Notes: generated from the letters alone by a model not told the origin. Shown: positions 8,723 through 19,318, numbered from the stretch's first letter. The stretch is 64,000 nucleotides of DNA from an uncultured Pseudomonadales bacterium (GCA_964625685.1 CAZVBO010000003.1:64298-128297); one strand, 5' to 3'. Numbers and translations: made by a program.

Positions 8723-9769
8723 ATGCCAAAACTACCGTCAAAAAAAGATAACGAAGCAATTGAAGGGGAAATAATATCACCCTCAGAATTAAACGAAATT
8801 TCTAAGCTGGGAAAAGCAATTGGCAGTCAAATAATCCCAGACCTTAAACCCATTATATTTTCTCCTCCTAATCTAAATGATTCCTCCCTGTTTAAAGCTA
8901 TCCAAACTACTTCGTCAATATCGAAAGCCCTATCTCCCACTGTTTTTACTACTGAAATACCAACGAATGATTTGGTAAATAGTCTTAATCTAGGTATAAG
9001 TTTCTACAAAAAATTTGGTGAGGTCATAAGTAACACTATGAAAAAGTGGACTACAATGTTTGATGTAGTCCAGCTGTTGCAAGAGAAACTTGCCAAAATA
9101 GTTGAAGTAATTACAAAGCCACTAATAGATCCATCTTTTTTTAGAATTGTTACACCAGCTATCCATATTGGTCAAAAATATCACGAACAAGATAGTTACA
9201 CAGCTTTACCTCACTCAACTGATAATATTGATAGCTCTCAAAGGTATCTTGAAGAAAGAAGAAGGAAAGAAAACAGGCTACTTGATTTGCAAATTGCTTT
9301 TTATGAAAGGCAGATTGGTTTATCTCAAGGCAGCAAACCTGGTACTGTCAGAATGACACAAGAGGTCAGGCCACTCAGTGCTGTTAATTTAAGCAACCCT
9401 ACGAAAATGTTTCAGTTAAATGAGCCTTCCCAAGTAGTTAATTGGGGAAAGCTATCACTTAATATCAACACAGGTCTATCTACTTTTGGAGAACATACTC
9501 ATCGCTATAAGTTAAATGGACCTCAATTTAAGTTGCTAAAACTTCTTATTGAGAAAAAAGGCTCAGAAGTAAAGTGGAGCGAGTTCTTTGCGGCCGTTCC
9601 GAAACAACTAGAAGATAAAAATGATTTTAATGAAAAAAGAGAATACATCAAGCAAAAAATCAGAGAGATAAGACGATACTATAAGATCAATACTCAGACC
9701 AATCCCGAATCTGAAGTTTTTCTTCCTACAGGAGATGGTTATAAGTTAATCACTCCTATCCACTCCTAA
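8723..9769 (+). CDS. Hypothetical protein (348 aa), AT-rich, phage/plasmid-like
   Basis: Complete ORF. No recognisable domain. Confidence 0.4.
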   Translation: MPKLPSKKDNEAIEGEIISPSELNEISKLGKAIGSQIIPDLKPIIFSPPNLNDSSLFKAIQTTSSISKALSPTVFTTEIPTNDLVNSLNLGISFYKKFGEVISNTMKKWTTMFDVVQLLQEKLAKIVEVITKPLIDPSFFRIVTPAIHIGQKYHEQDSYTALPHSTDNIDSSQRYLEERRRKENRLLDLQIAFYERQIGLSQGSKPGTVRMTQEVRPLSAVNLSNPTKMFQLNEPSQVVNWGKLSLNINTGLSTFGEHTHRYKLNGPQFKLLKLLIEKKGSEVKWSEFFAAVPKQLEDKNDFNEKREYIKQKIREIRRYYKINTQTNPESEVFLPTGDGYKLITPIHS

Positions 9770-10003
9770 CCACTCTTTTCCCCTTTTGACCGCTCCCAGG
9801 TATGCAAAGCTAGACTTGCTCTACTTATTAAATACGTGGAGCACAAGTGGAAGACAATAATCTTCAAGCTATAACATCCCTTAGATCCCAACTTGATTCC
9901 AATGAGGAAGAAATTGTTGCAGGATCGTTTCATTCACTCGCAGAGCTCCTCTTGTCTTTTGTCAATAGATTAGAAGAACAAGAAAAAAGAAAGGAGCATT
10001 CAA

Positions 10004-10291
10004 GTGAAAAACATCAGTGAAATTGAGCTCATCCCTATAAGAGCCATAAATGGCCTTACTTTCTTCGCAAACTTTGTAATTGACCATGATTTTTATGTAG
10101 GCAATGTTGCCGTTTTTACAAAAAGAGACGGAACAGGTTTCCGCTGTGTTTACCCAACCAAAAAACTAAAAAATGGTTCTGAGGTTCCTATTTTTTACCC
10201 AATCAACTATGAAGTTGGACAACAAATTGAAGAAGCAATAACACAAAAAGCATATGAGCTCCTTATGCCAGAGGAAGGAGAGCTTATGTAA
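10004..10291 (+). CDS. Hypothetical small protein (95 aa)
   Basis: GTG start with an AAAGGAG RBS 9 nt upstream. Confidence 0.4.
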   Translation: MKNISEIELIPIRAINGLTFFANFVIDHDFYVGNVAVFTKRDGTGFRCVYPTKKLKNGSEVPIFYPINYEVGQQIEEAITQKAYELLMPEEGELM

Positions 10292-10339
10292 AAAATATTT
10301 TCAACCCAATCTTAGTTACAAATTACACAAAGGAAAAAT

Positions 10340-10726
10340 ATGTCATCAAAAAACATGACCCTAACCGTAAAAACAACCAGTGCTCCTGAGCCAATACCAA
10401 CAGGCGTATATCAGGCAAAGCTATCAGATCTTGAAAAGAGCGAAGGTGACTTTGGTCCCTACCTCAAACTCACGTTTCTCATTACTGACGGTGAGCACAA
10501 GGATACCGAGAGGACCACCATCGCCAGTATGAAACTCAGCACAGGTGCTAAGAATACCAAGCTCTACGATATCGTAGCCGCACTCATGGGTAAGTCACCT
10601 GAAACAAGTACTGAGATTGACCTGGGTGCTTTGGTAGGTAAACCCTGCCAGATACTGGTCAAAGATAAGCCTGGTGATAAAGATGGCTGGCAAATTATTT
10701 CAGAAGTAATGCCAGCAAGTAAATAA
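10340..10726 (+). CDS. Hypothetical protein (128 aa)
   Basis: AAAGGAAAAAT ATG ribosome-binding-site context. No family recognised. Confidence 0.4.
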   Translation: MSSKNMTLTVKTTSAPEPIPTGVYQAKLSDLEKSEGDFGPYLKLTFLITDGEHKDTERTTIASMKLSTGAKNTKLYDIVAALMGKSPETSTEIDLGALVGKPCQILVKDKPGDKDGWQIISEVMPASK

Positions 10727-10741
10727 AACGAAAGCAGGAGG

Positions 10742-13087
10742 GTGTGTCCGACTGGATGCACCCTCCCACAGATTGATATGTCTACTATAACAAACCGCAT
10801 ACCAGCAAACAATCAAGAATGGAGAGAACTTGGTGAGTACTACTTGAATCTTGGTTGGTCTATTATTCCAGTCACAAGTGACAAGAAACCGTTGATTAAG
10901 TGGAAGGAATTTCAAACCAAGCAACCAGCTACAGAACAAGTTGGTGAATGGGCTTCCAGCTCAAAGATAGCTGGCTATGCCCTCGTCACAGGCTCGATCT
11001 CTGGTGTTGTAGTTCTTGACCTTGATGAGGGTTCTGAATTTGACACCTCTACTTTACCTACTACGCCTTTCTCCCAAACTGGTTCTGGTGGCCGACACTA
11101 TTTCTTCAAATCACCTGATAAGACTATTAAAAATGCCGCTGGTTTTGTCAAAAACACTGACTTTCGAGGTGAAGGTGGCTATGCCATCTTGCCACCCAGC
11201 AAACATCCCTCTGGGAATCAATACTTTTGGCTGAGCAATCCAGAAGATACCGAATTGGCTGAAATGCCTGGGAGTCTTATCGACTCAATCAATGGTAACC
11301 AACAGTTAAAACTTAGCGTAAAAAGCGATGAAAATGTCTTTGAAGGTGTAGAAAAGTCTACACGTAATCACTCGGCTACTCAGGTAGCAGGATCGCTTCT
11401 CAGTCGTTACCCAAAAGACGAATGGGAAGCAGTCGTTTGGCCTCTGCTACAAGGTTGGAATACACAAAACAAACCACCTCTTTCAGCAACCGAGCTGAGA
11501 GCTGTATTTGACTCGATAGCCGAGCGTGAAGAAGGTCAGCCAGAACAAGATGAGGGAGGCTCCAATCGTCCCAGCCAAGCCAAACTGTTAGTTGAGATGG
11601 TCCTGGGCAGTAGTATCAAGCTTTTTACTAATCAGTTCCACGAGCCAGTCCTCACTTCACTTGAGACTGGATTCTTAACCTTCAAAATTAGTTCTTCCGC
11701 TACAAAACAGCTTCTCTTCAAGATGTTTTGGGATAGTGAAGGCAAACCACCTAGCTCCGAAGCTGTGAGCAATGCTATTACTACTCTCCAAGGCATTGCA
11801 ACCTATGACCGAGATAAAATCACTGTCTTCAATCGTGTCGGTAGACATAAAAACACAATCTACTATGACATTGGCGATGGCACTCATGTAATAGCTATCG
11901 ACAAAGACGGCTGGAGCATTGACAGTAGCTGCCCTGTCTACTTCAACCGTTTCTCTCACCAAAAACCACAAGTATTGCCCAAGCGTGGTGGCAATCTGGA
12001 AGAAATTCTTGCTTTCATGAACGTGCAGGACCAACAGCAAAAGTTACTAATCTTGACCTTCTTGGTTGTTAGCTTAATTCCAGATATCCCACGAGCCATG
12101 CTGGTACTTCATGGCGATCAGGGTTCGGCAAAATCAAGTCTGCTACGTATTCTCAGAGAAATGATTGATCCCAGCCAAGTGCCACTTCTCACTCCACCTG
12201 ACTCTATTCGTGAGTTGGTTCAGTTTGCCAGCCATCACTATGCCGTCTTTTTGGACAACCTCTCAACCTTGTCTGTTTCATTATCTGATGCCCTCTGCCG
12301 TTTGATAACTGGTGATGGTTTTACTAAAAGACAACTTTTTACTGATGATGAGGACGTACTCTATGCCTACAAGCGAGTGGCTGGCCTTTGTGGTATCAAC
12401 CAAGTCGCAACAAAAGCTGACCTGCTAGATCGTAGCATCATTGTGCCTTTAGAGCGAATATCTGACGGGGATAGACGTGAAGAAAAAAATCTGTGGCATC
12501 GTTTCAAAACAGACAAATCTCTTATTCTTGGAGCCTTATTTGATGCCGTAGCCGCTACTCTCCACACTGTACACGATATTGAACTTACTACCAAACCTCG
12601 CATGGCAGATTACTTCAAGTATGCCACAGCTGCAGCAATCCACTTGGGATATACCGAGCAAGATCTCTCTGATGCCTTCAATCAAAACGTCAAACAACAA
12701 AATGAAGAAGCCATCGACTCTTCACCTGTTGCTCAAACCATTATGGAGTTCATGAGGAACAAATCAAACCAAGAGCTACGCAGTTCAGATCTTTACAAAG
12801 AACTTTTTGAGATAGCTGAGAACCTCAAAATCAAACAGGGTTTTCCCAAATCACCCACTTGGCTGTGGCGGAAAATCAAAGATGTCCGACCTAATTTGAT
12901 GGCCTATGGCCTCAATGTCACCAAAGAAAAAATGGAGGATGGTACTTACATAAGAATCATAAAAACTGCCACCACTGCTTCCAGCACCTCTACATCAAAC
13001 AACTCTGGTCCTGAAAGCACTGGCAACACTGACAACAAAACCGTAGAAAACATGACCGAGGAGGAGATCGAGGAGGCACTCTTCTAA
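10742..13087 (+). CDS. Replication protein: N-terminal bifunctional primase-polymerase (PrimPol) domain plus C-terminal P-loop NTPase/helicase-like region
   Basis: PrimPol motifs VVVLDLDEG, GSGGRHYFF and DFRGEGGYAILPPS. Downstream Walker-A-like HGDQGSAKSS. GTG start at 10742 with AGGAGG just upstream; the alternative ATG is at 10778. Confidence 0.65.
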   Translation: MCPTGCTLPQIDMSTITNRIPANNQEWRELGEYYLNLGWSIIPVTSDKKPLIKWKEFQTKQPATEQVGEWASSSKIAGYALVTGSISGVVVLDLDEGSEFDTSTLPTTPFSQTGSGGRHYFFKSPDKTIKNAAGFVKNTDFRGEGGYAILPPSKHPSGNQYFWLSNPEDTELAEMPGSLIDSINGNQQLKLSVKSDENVFEGVEKSTRNHSATQVAGSLLSRYPKDEWEAVVWPLLQGWNTQNKPPLSATELRAVFDSIAEREEGQPEQDEGGSNRPSQAKLLVEMVLGSSIKLFTNQFHEPVLTSLETGFLTFKISSSATKQLLFKMFWDSEGKPPSSEAVSNAITTLQGIATYDRDKITVFNRVGRHKNTIYYDIGDGTHVIAIDKDGWSIDSSCPVYFNRFSHQKPQVLPKRGGNLEEILAFMNVQDQQQKLLILTFLVVSLIPDIPRAMLVLHGDQGSAKSSLLRILREMIDPSQVPLLTPPDSIRELVQFASHHYAVFLDNLSTLSVSLSDALCRLITGDGFTKRQLFTDDEDVLYAYKRVAGLCGINQVATKADLLDRSIIVPLERISDGDRREEKNLWHRFKTDKSLILGALFDAVAATLHTVHDIELTTKPRMADYFKYATAAAIHLGYTEQDLSDAFNQNVKQQNEEAIDSSPVAQTIMEFMRNKSNQELRSSDLYKELFEIAENLKIKQGFPKSPTWLWRKIKDVRPNLMAYGLNVTKEKMEDGTYIRIIKTATTASSTSTSNNSGPESTGNTDNKTVENMTEEEIEEALF

Positions 13088-13132
13088 TCTCCCCTCTACC
13101 CATAACTGTTACTAATAAACCAGGAGAAAACT

Positions 13133-13516
13133 ATGCAATGCACTTATATCAAAGCTAATAATCAACCTTGTAAGGCTCATGCCATGAAAGGAAGTGAGTT
13201 CTGTTTTACTCACAATCCCGAAACTCGTGATGAACACGCCCAAGCTGTAGTGCTTGGTGGACTCAACTCATCCAGAAAAGACAGCGTTGAGTTGCCTGCA
13301 ATTGATGTCCGTCAGCCTGATGGTGTGGTCCAGTTACTGGAAGAAACAATCAATGGCGTTCGTGATGGCAGTATCCCACCCAAAGTTGCCAGTACTGTTG
13401 GTTACTTGGCTGGACACTTACTAAAAGCCATTGAATCAGCAGATCTCGATAAACGATTAGAGGTGATTGAACGAGTGATTTTGGAACGCAAATCCATAAT
13501 GAAAGGTTCCAAATGA
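13133..13516 (+). CDS. Hypothetical protein (127 aa) with an N-terminal Cys/His cluster
   Basis: AGGAG RBS. C..C..H..C..H pattern in the first 30 residues. Confidence 0.4.
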   Translation: MQCTYIKANNQPCKAHAMKGSEFCFTHNPETRDEHAQAVVLGGLNSSRKDSVELPAIDVRQPDGVVQLLEETINGVRDGSIPPKVASTVGYLAGHLLKAIESADLDKRLEVIERVILERKSIMKGSK

Positions 13517-15021
13517 AAAACTTCTCTATCCAAGCTCTAGCTGGTGTCTTAACGGCAAAAGAACGAGCCAAAATCATTGCAGAATACATCGTCAAAGGTG
13601 ATGAGACTGGTGAAGATTTAGGCCATGAAATCAACAAGATAAAGATGAATATGAGCAATAATCAAATAACCGAATTCAACTTCTACATGGATATGATCCA
13701 AACCGTTCATGTGGTCATGGAAGCCGACTTTCAGACCATGTATTTACGCTTTTTTCTTTATTCTCAGCAACTCGAAAAAATATATCAGCAGTGGTCGATG
13801 AGTATCTACAGCCACTTCACTCGCCGAGATCTGAACTGGTTACCTAAAATTGTCACTCCACAAGGTTACCAAGAATTGTACGAAGAACAAAAAGCCCAAG
13901 AATTATCAGCTGTTTTCTCTCTAGAAACTTTGGCTGAACACGAGGCACTCGCCAAACTCCAGTCAGAAGGTTGGTGGAAAGACACCGATCTATTTATGGT
14001 CCACAAACAGCTGGTAGCTGATGCCAATAAAACCGAGGACCAACTGATTGATGAGTATCTTGACCATGTTGAAGAGCGATTAGCTGCTTATCTCGAATAC
14101 AAAGATAAGAAAAATGCCTTTCTACACCTTTATCAGGAATATGCAGAGTATGAAGGCAAAAGTCGTGACGAAATGAGAGAAATGGTGACAGCCAAGTATG
14201 ACTTTACTCCCACCGATCCAGCTGACACTCAAAAATGGCTTGGTGAGATTGAAAATCAAAAACAACGACTGCAAAAGCTGATTGACAATGGAGTGCTTGA
14301 AGCCGCCATAGTCGGCAATGAATTTGGTTTTTACGGGACCTCAGAGGATAAGGGCAAACCAGGAATCACAGCTACCAGTTGGTATAACTACTCAAAAAAG
14401 TACGATATAGGCTTCAACGATTTTGTTGATGATGTCGATAACCTCATTTACTTTTGCCACAACGATGTAGCTATTATTCAGACCAAACAGAGTCAAGAAA
14501 AGAAAACTGGTGAGCTTACTGCCAATATCATTAAGAAACGAATGCTTGAACACCTTGACCACTTCAACGCAATTACTTACGAACCAATAAGTGGTGATAA
14601 AAAATTGCACCTAGAAGCCAAGACCTTGGAACAAATTAAGCAGTTGCTTTTCTCAATATCAGTAATCAAATTAAGACTCCTTGCCTATATTAGAGTGATT
14701 GAAGCAGTTGAGAACTTTTACTTTGATGGTACTCAGATTGTGTCTCGTAAGACCTGGTATGCCAAAGCCGCTCAAGAGCACTATGATTTTATGCTCCAAC
14801 AACATCAGCAGTACGTTGATTTTGTCTACAACTATTTTGGCAACTTTACTATTGGCTCAGAGGACCCTATTTTTGACTGCCATGATGACATTCAATTCGC
14901 AGAACCAACCGAGGAAGAAATTCAAAAAGTCACTAAGGAGCAGATGAGCTTCATGTTAGAAAAGGCTACTAAAGATAGTCATTTTCGCCCATCACGAACT
15001 CCATTTGACGAAAGAGTATGA
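13513..15021 (+). CDS. Hypothetical protein (502 aa)
   Basis: ATGA overlap with the upstream gene (translational coupling). No domain recognised. Confidence 0.4.
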   Translation: MKNFSIQALAGVLTAKERAKIIAEYIVKGDETGEDLGHEINKIKMNMSNNQITEFNFYMDMIQTVHVVMEADFQTMYLRFFLYSQQLEKIYQQWSMSIYSHFTRRDLNWLPKIVTPQGYQELYEEQKAQELSAVFSLETLAEHEALAKLQSEGWWKDTDLFMVHKQLVADANKTEDQLIDEYLDHVEERLAAYLEYKDKKNAFLHLYQEYAEYEGKSRDEMREMVTAKYDFTPTDPADTQKWLGEIENQKQRLQKLIDNGVLEAAIVGNEFGFYGTSEDKGKPGITATSWYNYSKKYDIGFNDFVDDVDNLIYFCHNDVAIIQTKQSQEKKTGELTANIIKKRMLEHLDHFNAITYEPISGDKKLHLEAKTLEQIKQLLFSISVIKLRLLAYIRVIEAVENFYFDGTQIVSRKTWYAKAAQEHYDFMLQQHQQYVDFVYNYFGNFTIGSEDPIFDCHDDIQFAEPTEEEIQKVTKEQMSFMLEKATKDSHFRPSRTPFDERV

Positions 15022-15040
15022 AATCAGAGAAAATAGCTAT

Positions 15041-15112
15041 GCACTCAACAATCAGCGATAGAACTTTTTTAATGGCCGTCTTGGACAACCGAAGTTCTTT
15101 CGCGTTGAGTGC
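15041..15112 (+). repeat. Imperfect inverted repeat (GCACTCAAC...GATAGAAC / GTTCTTTCG...GTTGAGTGC) around a ~29-bp core, immediately upstream of the serine recombinase gene; candidate recombination (att) site
   Basis: Arms 15041-15064 and 15094-15112 seen directly in the sequence. The position mirrors attP-next-to-int layouts of large serine recombinase elements. Confidence 0.35.
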
Positions 15113-15138
15113 ACCAGGGCGGCCATTTAAGTATAAGG

Positions 15139-16773
15139 ATGAATATGTATCAAAGCACAGACACCTCACAGTTTGACCACGTTAAGAACTGTCTCATTTA
15201 CGCTCGTGTTAGCACTAGCCGCCAAGTTGAGGAAGGTCACTCACTTGAAGATCAAATTGAACGCCTAACTAAATTTGCTAAAGACCGTGAATGGCGAATC
15301 CTCGAAGCGTTCAAAGACGGCGGAAAAAGTGGTGGTTCAACATCAGGACGAGCTGAATTCAATCGTATGCTGGAACGTTGTGCTGATGATCCTGACGTTC
15401 ATGCAGTTTTACTCGAAGAAACTGATCGCTTTGCTCGTAATGCTCAAGACCACTTGGCCGTCAAATCATTTCTCAAAAAACATAACGTGGTCCTGATTGC
15501 TACCCAGCAGCCTAACTTTGGTGATGACCCTGTGGGCAACTTTGTTGACCTCATTATGGCTGGAGCCAATCAGCTGCAAAGAGAAATAACTGGTGTTAAG
15601 ACTAAACGTACTATGGTTGGTTTGGCAGAAAAAGGATTACAACCAGGTGGGGCTGTTCTTGGCTATCTCAACTCATATGAGAAAGGTGTGCCCTGGAAAA
15701 TAGATAAAGAGCGAGTGTACTATGTAAAAGAAGCCTTCCGCCGATATAACACTGGTAACTACTCTATCCATACCCTTGGCGATGAAATTTATGCAGAAGG
15801 CTTTCGTACTCGAAATGGCAAACGTGTTCATTCAAGCAACATTCAAAAAATCCTAACCGATGTTCGTTATCTTGGTTGGGTCAAGTACGATGGCAAAATC
15901 TATAAAAATGGCCAGCACCCTCAACTTATCAATATCACGGAATTTAAAAAAGCGGAGGCAATTATGAAAAAACACAACAAAGGAGCAAATAGGTCACGAA
16001 AGCACAACTGGTTTTTGGCAGGGTTAGTCTACTGCCAACACTGTGGCTCATTGATGTCTGGTGAGAAGCATGAAAAAAGCACTGGCAAAATCTACAAGTA
16101 CTATCGCTGTATGGGACCTAAAAATCATGGTCATACTTGCAACGAACCCTATGCCAACATCGAGAAGGTCCATGACCAACTGTACAAATGGATCACTGGC
16201 TTGGAATTCACCGACACCTTTTTTGATGGCCTTCGCCAAGAGCTAATGTCTCTCATGGAAAACCAAGGCGATACTGTAAAAGACAGACTCGACACTCTCC
16301 AAAAGCGTAAAGAATCAATAGAAAAGAAAATGGATAAGCTGGAAGATCAAATGCTTTCAGAGGTTATTCCACAGGATAGAATCGAGAAAAAGTACAAACC
16401 CTTGCGAGATGAGCTAACAGCCGTTGAAGCCAAAATCGAGAAACTCAATATGCCTTCAAATAATATGGATGAGGAAAAGATCGAAACAATTATCAAGTTC
16501 ATGAAACGCTTGCCAGAACTTTATGATGCCTTCAACAAAAAAGAACGTAAACAATTTCTTAAGTGGTTCACCACAAAGATCATGATAAAGGATAAGAAAA
16601 TTGTTGATATTGCCTATACACCAGGCTTTCAAGCCATGGTTGATAGAGACATCGTTCGGATAAGCGAAACGTGGCTCGAGAAATGGTATGAATTCGGAAA
16701 AATTGATTGGGTCAGCGAGCTGGAATATCCGGAGTGGACGGTAAAGGAAGTGGGGAGGTTCTTACAATATTGA
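15139..16773 (+). CDS. Large serine recombinase (resolvase/invertase N-terminal catalytic domain, recombinase domain, zinc ribbon, coiled coil)
   Basis: CLIYARVSTSRQ (catalytic Ser region), ...DGGKSG..., and zinc ribbon CQHCGSLMSG...YYRC. About 545 aa. Start moved to MNMYQ behind an AAGGA RBS. Confidence 0.85.
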   Translation: MNMYQSTDTSQFDHVKNCLIYARVSTSRQVEEGHSLEDQIERLTKFAKDREWRILEAFKDGGKSGGSTSGRAEFNRMLERCADDPDVHAVLLEETDRFARNAQDHLAVKSFLKKHNVVLIATQQPNFGDDPVGNFVDLIMAGANQLQREITGVKTKRTMVGLAEKGLQPGGAVLGYLNSYEKGVPWKIDKERVYYVKEAFRRYNTGNYSIHTLGDEIYAEGFRTRNGKRVHSSNIQKILTDVRYLGWVKYDGKIYKNGQHPQLINITEFKKAEAIMKKHNKGANRSRKHNWFLAGLVYCQHCGSLMSGEKHEKSTGKIYKYYRCMGPKNHGHTCNEPYANIEKVHDQLYKWITGLEFTDTFFDGLRQELMSLMENQGDTVKDRLDTLQKRKESIEKKMDKLEDQMLSEVIPQDRIEKKYKPLRDELTAVEAKIEKLNMPSNNMDEEKIETIIKFMKRLPELYDAFNKKERKQFLKWFTTKIMIKDKKIVDIAYTPGFQAMVDRDIVRISETWLEKWYEFGKIDWVSELEYPEWTVKEVGRFLQY

Positions 16774-16786
16774 GAGGAAGGAGATG

Positions 16787-17902
16787 TCAATTGAACTTCT
16801 TAGAGTTCTTCTTATTTATTGGGGTAATCGCACCAAGTGAAGATTCTTCATCGGGAGTAGATACATTTCTATAAAACTTCTTCGCTTCTGAATTAAATTT
16901 TTCTACCATATTTCTCATCCTTGAGTTCTCGGCAACCTTACCTTTAATTTCAATTACACGAGCATTTTCTAGGAACCTAGTCATCTGATCCAGCTTAGAA
17001 AAGAATGAGTCAGCCGTTTCCGGCCTATCTCGAGCAACAACTTCCTTTGCTGCTGGGATAGCCTCTTCAGGAGATTCATCAAGAAATACCTTTCTCGCAG
17101 GTTTACACCTCAAAATATCAGCTAAGTCTTTCCTCACGTCATAAGCAGCTGAACGAACTCTCCCAGCTAATACCCATTTAATAAACTTTTCATCAGTTAA
17201 TAAATCTGGACTTTCTTTCTTGATTTTTTGCAAATCGGCACTGCGACAATATTCATAAAAGATGCTAAATTTTTTAATCTCAGCCTCTTTATCATCAATC
17301 TTGGAAATATTGGGGAGATACCTATCTCGCATTAACTCATAGGCGGCAATTTGGGTCCGTAAGGAACTAACATTCATTCCAACTATTTGGGAGATTTCCT
17401 GAAGACTCATCCCATTCTCATCGCTCATTTTATAAATATAGCTAGCTTTTTCGTATGGATCCCATTGTGTTTTCCCCTCAATATGAAGTTTTCCCAACAG
17501 TAAAAAGAGATCTCTAACGTCTATTTCTTGAAGCAGCCTTTTTGCCCGAATCTTTCTCCATTTGTTCTTTTGTCCTTCCGGAGCATTCTTATACAAGTGC
17601 CTATAAGCACAAAGCCTTGTATTACCCTCAACAGCTTGTCCATTTAGCACTAATATTTCTTCAAGTAGCCCTCCATTTATTCTTATGTCTTCAGCTAAGT
17701 CTTTTGTTGAGTCCAACGCCCATAAACTCTTTTCAATAAGATCTTGTCCAAGGTCTTTGCCGTATTTACTTAAAACATAGTTTATTCTTGGATTTTCCGG
17801 ATAATAATCGAGTTGGAAGATATCTATTTCCTCAGTACTAACTGGGATCTTTTTATTCCCTATCGTCATGAAAGAAGTGGCTTGTTTATCTGGCATATCC
17901 AT
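16787..17902 (-). CDS. ParB/Srx-fold N-terminal domain protein with a C-terminal HTH-like region (ParB-like 1)
   Basis: ParB box-like motifs YYPENPR and GGLLEEILVL...EGNTRLCA. Shares the WDPYEKASY[IL] motif with the paralog at 19714-20730. Its start is 3 nt after the SNF2 stop. Confidence 0.55.
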   Translation of the reverse strand: MDMPDKQATSFMTIGNKKIPVSTEEIDIFQLDYYPENPRINYVLSKYGKDLGQDLIEKSLWALDSTKDLAEDIRINGGLLEEILVLNGQAVEGNTRLCAYRHLYKNAPEGQKNKWRKIRAKRLLQEIDVRDLFLLLGKLHIEGKTQWDPYEKASYIYKMSDENGMSLQEISQIVGMNVSSLRTQIAAYELMRDRYLPNISKIDDKEAEIKKFSIFYEYCRSADLQKIKKESPDLLTDEKFIKWVLAGRVRSAAYDVRKDLADILRCKPARKVFLDESPEEAIPAAKEVVARDRPETADSFFSKLDQMTRFLENARVIEIKGKVAENSRMRNMVEKFNSEAKKFYRNVSTPDEESSLGAITPINKKNSKKFN

Positions 17903-17905
17903 ATT

Positions 17906-19318
17906 TTAATTCAATAACTCAATTATTTCCTCTTTTGTTAAATAATTATCATGATTTATTTCTAGTGAATCACCCTGAATTACTCTAGCAACATCTTGTT
18001 TTTTCGCTAATCTGTCTTCAACAAATAGATCGATTGAGTCAGAACAAAGAAGCTTAATAATCCGGCAACGTTTCTCCTGTGAGATTCTATGTATTCTGTC
18101 CTGAGATTGTAGATAATCGACCAAGTTAAAAGATCGATCAAGGTAAATGGCATTATTAGCGGCGGTGAGGGTCAACCCTTCCCTTGCTGCAGAAGGGTTG
18201 GCAACCATAACCTTATATTCAGGATCCTCCTGAAAAGATTTAATATATTTATTTCTCCGAGCAATCTCAACTCCACCATAAATATTAAGAGATCCATACT
18301 TACGGTATCTAGACTTTAGTCCTTTGACATTGTCAACAAATGAGGACCATATAATTACCTTTTCTCCGCTGTGAACAATTTCCTTAACCAATTTATCTAG
18401 AGCAGTAAATTTTGCAGGAGTTTCCTTATAGTCCTTCACAACCAAACCTGGGTTACTAGATATTTGAACTAAGCGTAGAAGCTTTTTTAATATTGATTTG
18501 GCTTCATCAACAATTTTTTCTTCAGGAGTATTGATTATTTCAATGAGTAGTTCTTTTTTGAGTTTCTCATATATTTCGGATTGTTTGGGTGCCATGTCAA
18601 CCACAATCTGCTCATACACTTTCTCTGGAAGCTCAAGAACATTTTCCTTTAAACGTCTTATCGATATCGGGGATATTTTTTTCTGTAATTCTAAATAAAG
18701 ATCCGTTGAACCTTTATCCAAGTTCCCATACCGTTTTTTAAATACCTTAAAATCTTTCCCAAGACTTTCTCCTTTATCGAGAAAATAAAACTGTGCCCAA
18801 ATATCCGTTGGTTTGTTTGCTACAGGCGTACCGCTCAGAATATATCTCCTGGTGGCCAATTTAGATAAACCATTAATTGCTTCAAAGGTTTGGCTCTCTG
18901 GATTCTTAATCCTCTGTGACTCATCAAGAACAACCACAAATTTTTGAGACTCTAGAAGTAACTCAACAATCTCCAATTCCGCTTTAACACCCTCATAATT
19001 AAGAATAAAAATATTCGCAGAAGTAAGAAATCTGTATCCCTTTGATCTGCCACTGCCAGTAATTACAGCTGGAACTAAAAAACTGTGTTTCTTAATTTCA
19101 GACTGCCAGGTATACATTAACGTTTTTGGACAAACGATTAATGCGGCGTCTGTTTTTTTAGTCTTTAACAAAGAAATTATTGTATCTATGACTTCCTTGG
19201 TCTTACCGACCCCTTGTTCATCAAAAAGAGCTGCGTTTGGTTTGGAAACAAGAAAATTTATAGCTTCAAGCTGATGAGGGAAAGGTTGTGTTTTCTTCCT
19301 AAGGTAGTTTTTAGTCAT
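17906..19318 (-). CDS. SNF2-family (SF2) helicase/ATPase
   Basis: Motif I DEQGVGKT, motif II VVLDESQRIKN, motif III LSGTPVANKP and motif VI QSQDRIHRISQ. Start taken at MTKNYLRK, 2 nt after the upstream stop. Confidence 0.8.
   Translation of the reverse strand: MTKNYLRKKTQPFPHQLEAINFLVSKPNAALFDEQGVGKTKEVIDTIISLLKTKKTDAALIVCPKTLMYTWQSEIKKHSFLVPAVITGSGRSKGYRFLTSANIFILNYEGVKAELEIVELLLESQKFVVVLDESQRIKNPESQTFEAINGLSKLATRRYILSGTPVANKPTDIWAQFYFLDKGESLGKDFKVFKKRYGNLDKGSTDLYLELQKKISPISIRRLKENVLELPEKVYEQIVVDMAPKQSEIYEKLKKELLIEIINTPEEKIVDEAKSILKKLLRLVQISSNPGLVVKDYKETPAKFTALDKLVKEIVHSGEKVIIWSSFVDNVKGLKSRYRKYGSLNIYGGVEIARRNKYIKSFQEDPEYKVMVANPSAAREGLTLTAANNAIYLDRSFNLVDYLQSQDRIHRISQEKRCRIIKLLCSDSIDLFVEDRLAKKQDVARVIQGDSLEINHDNYLTKEEIIELLN

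Noticed and set aside
9843-10018. 56-aa GTG-initiated ORF upstream of and overlapping gene 10004
   Set aside because: It is below the size threshold, overlaps a better-supported gene, and has no RBS.
15109-15138. N-terminal extension of the serine recombinase (MHQGGHLSIR...)
   Set aside because: It overlaps the inverted repeat and has no RBS. The MNMYQ start with AAGGA is preferred.
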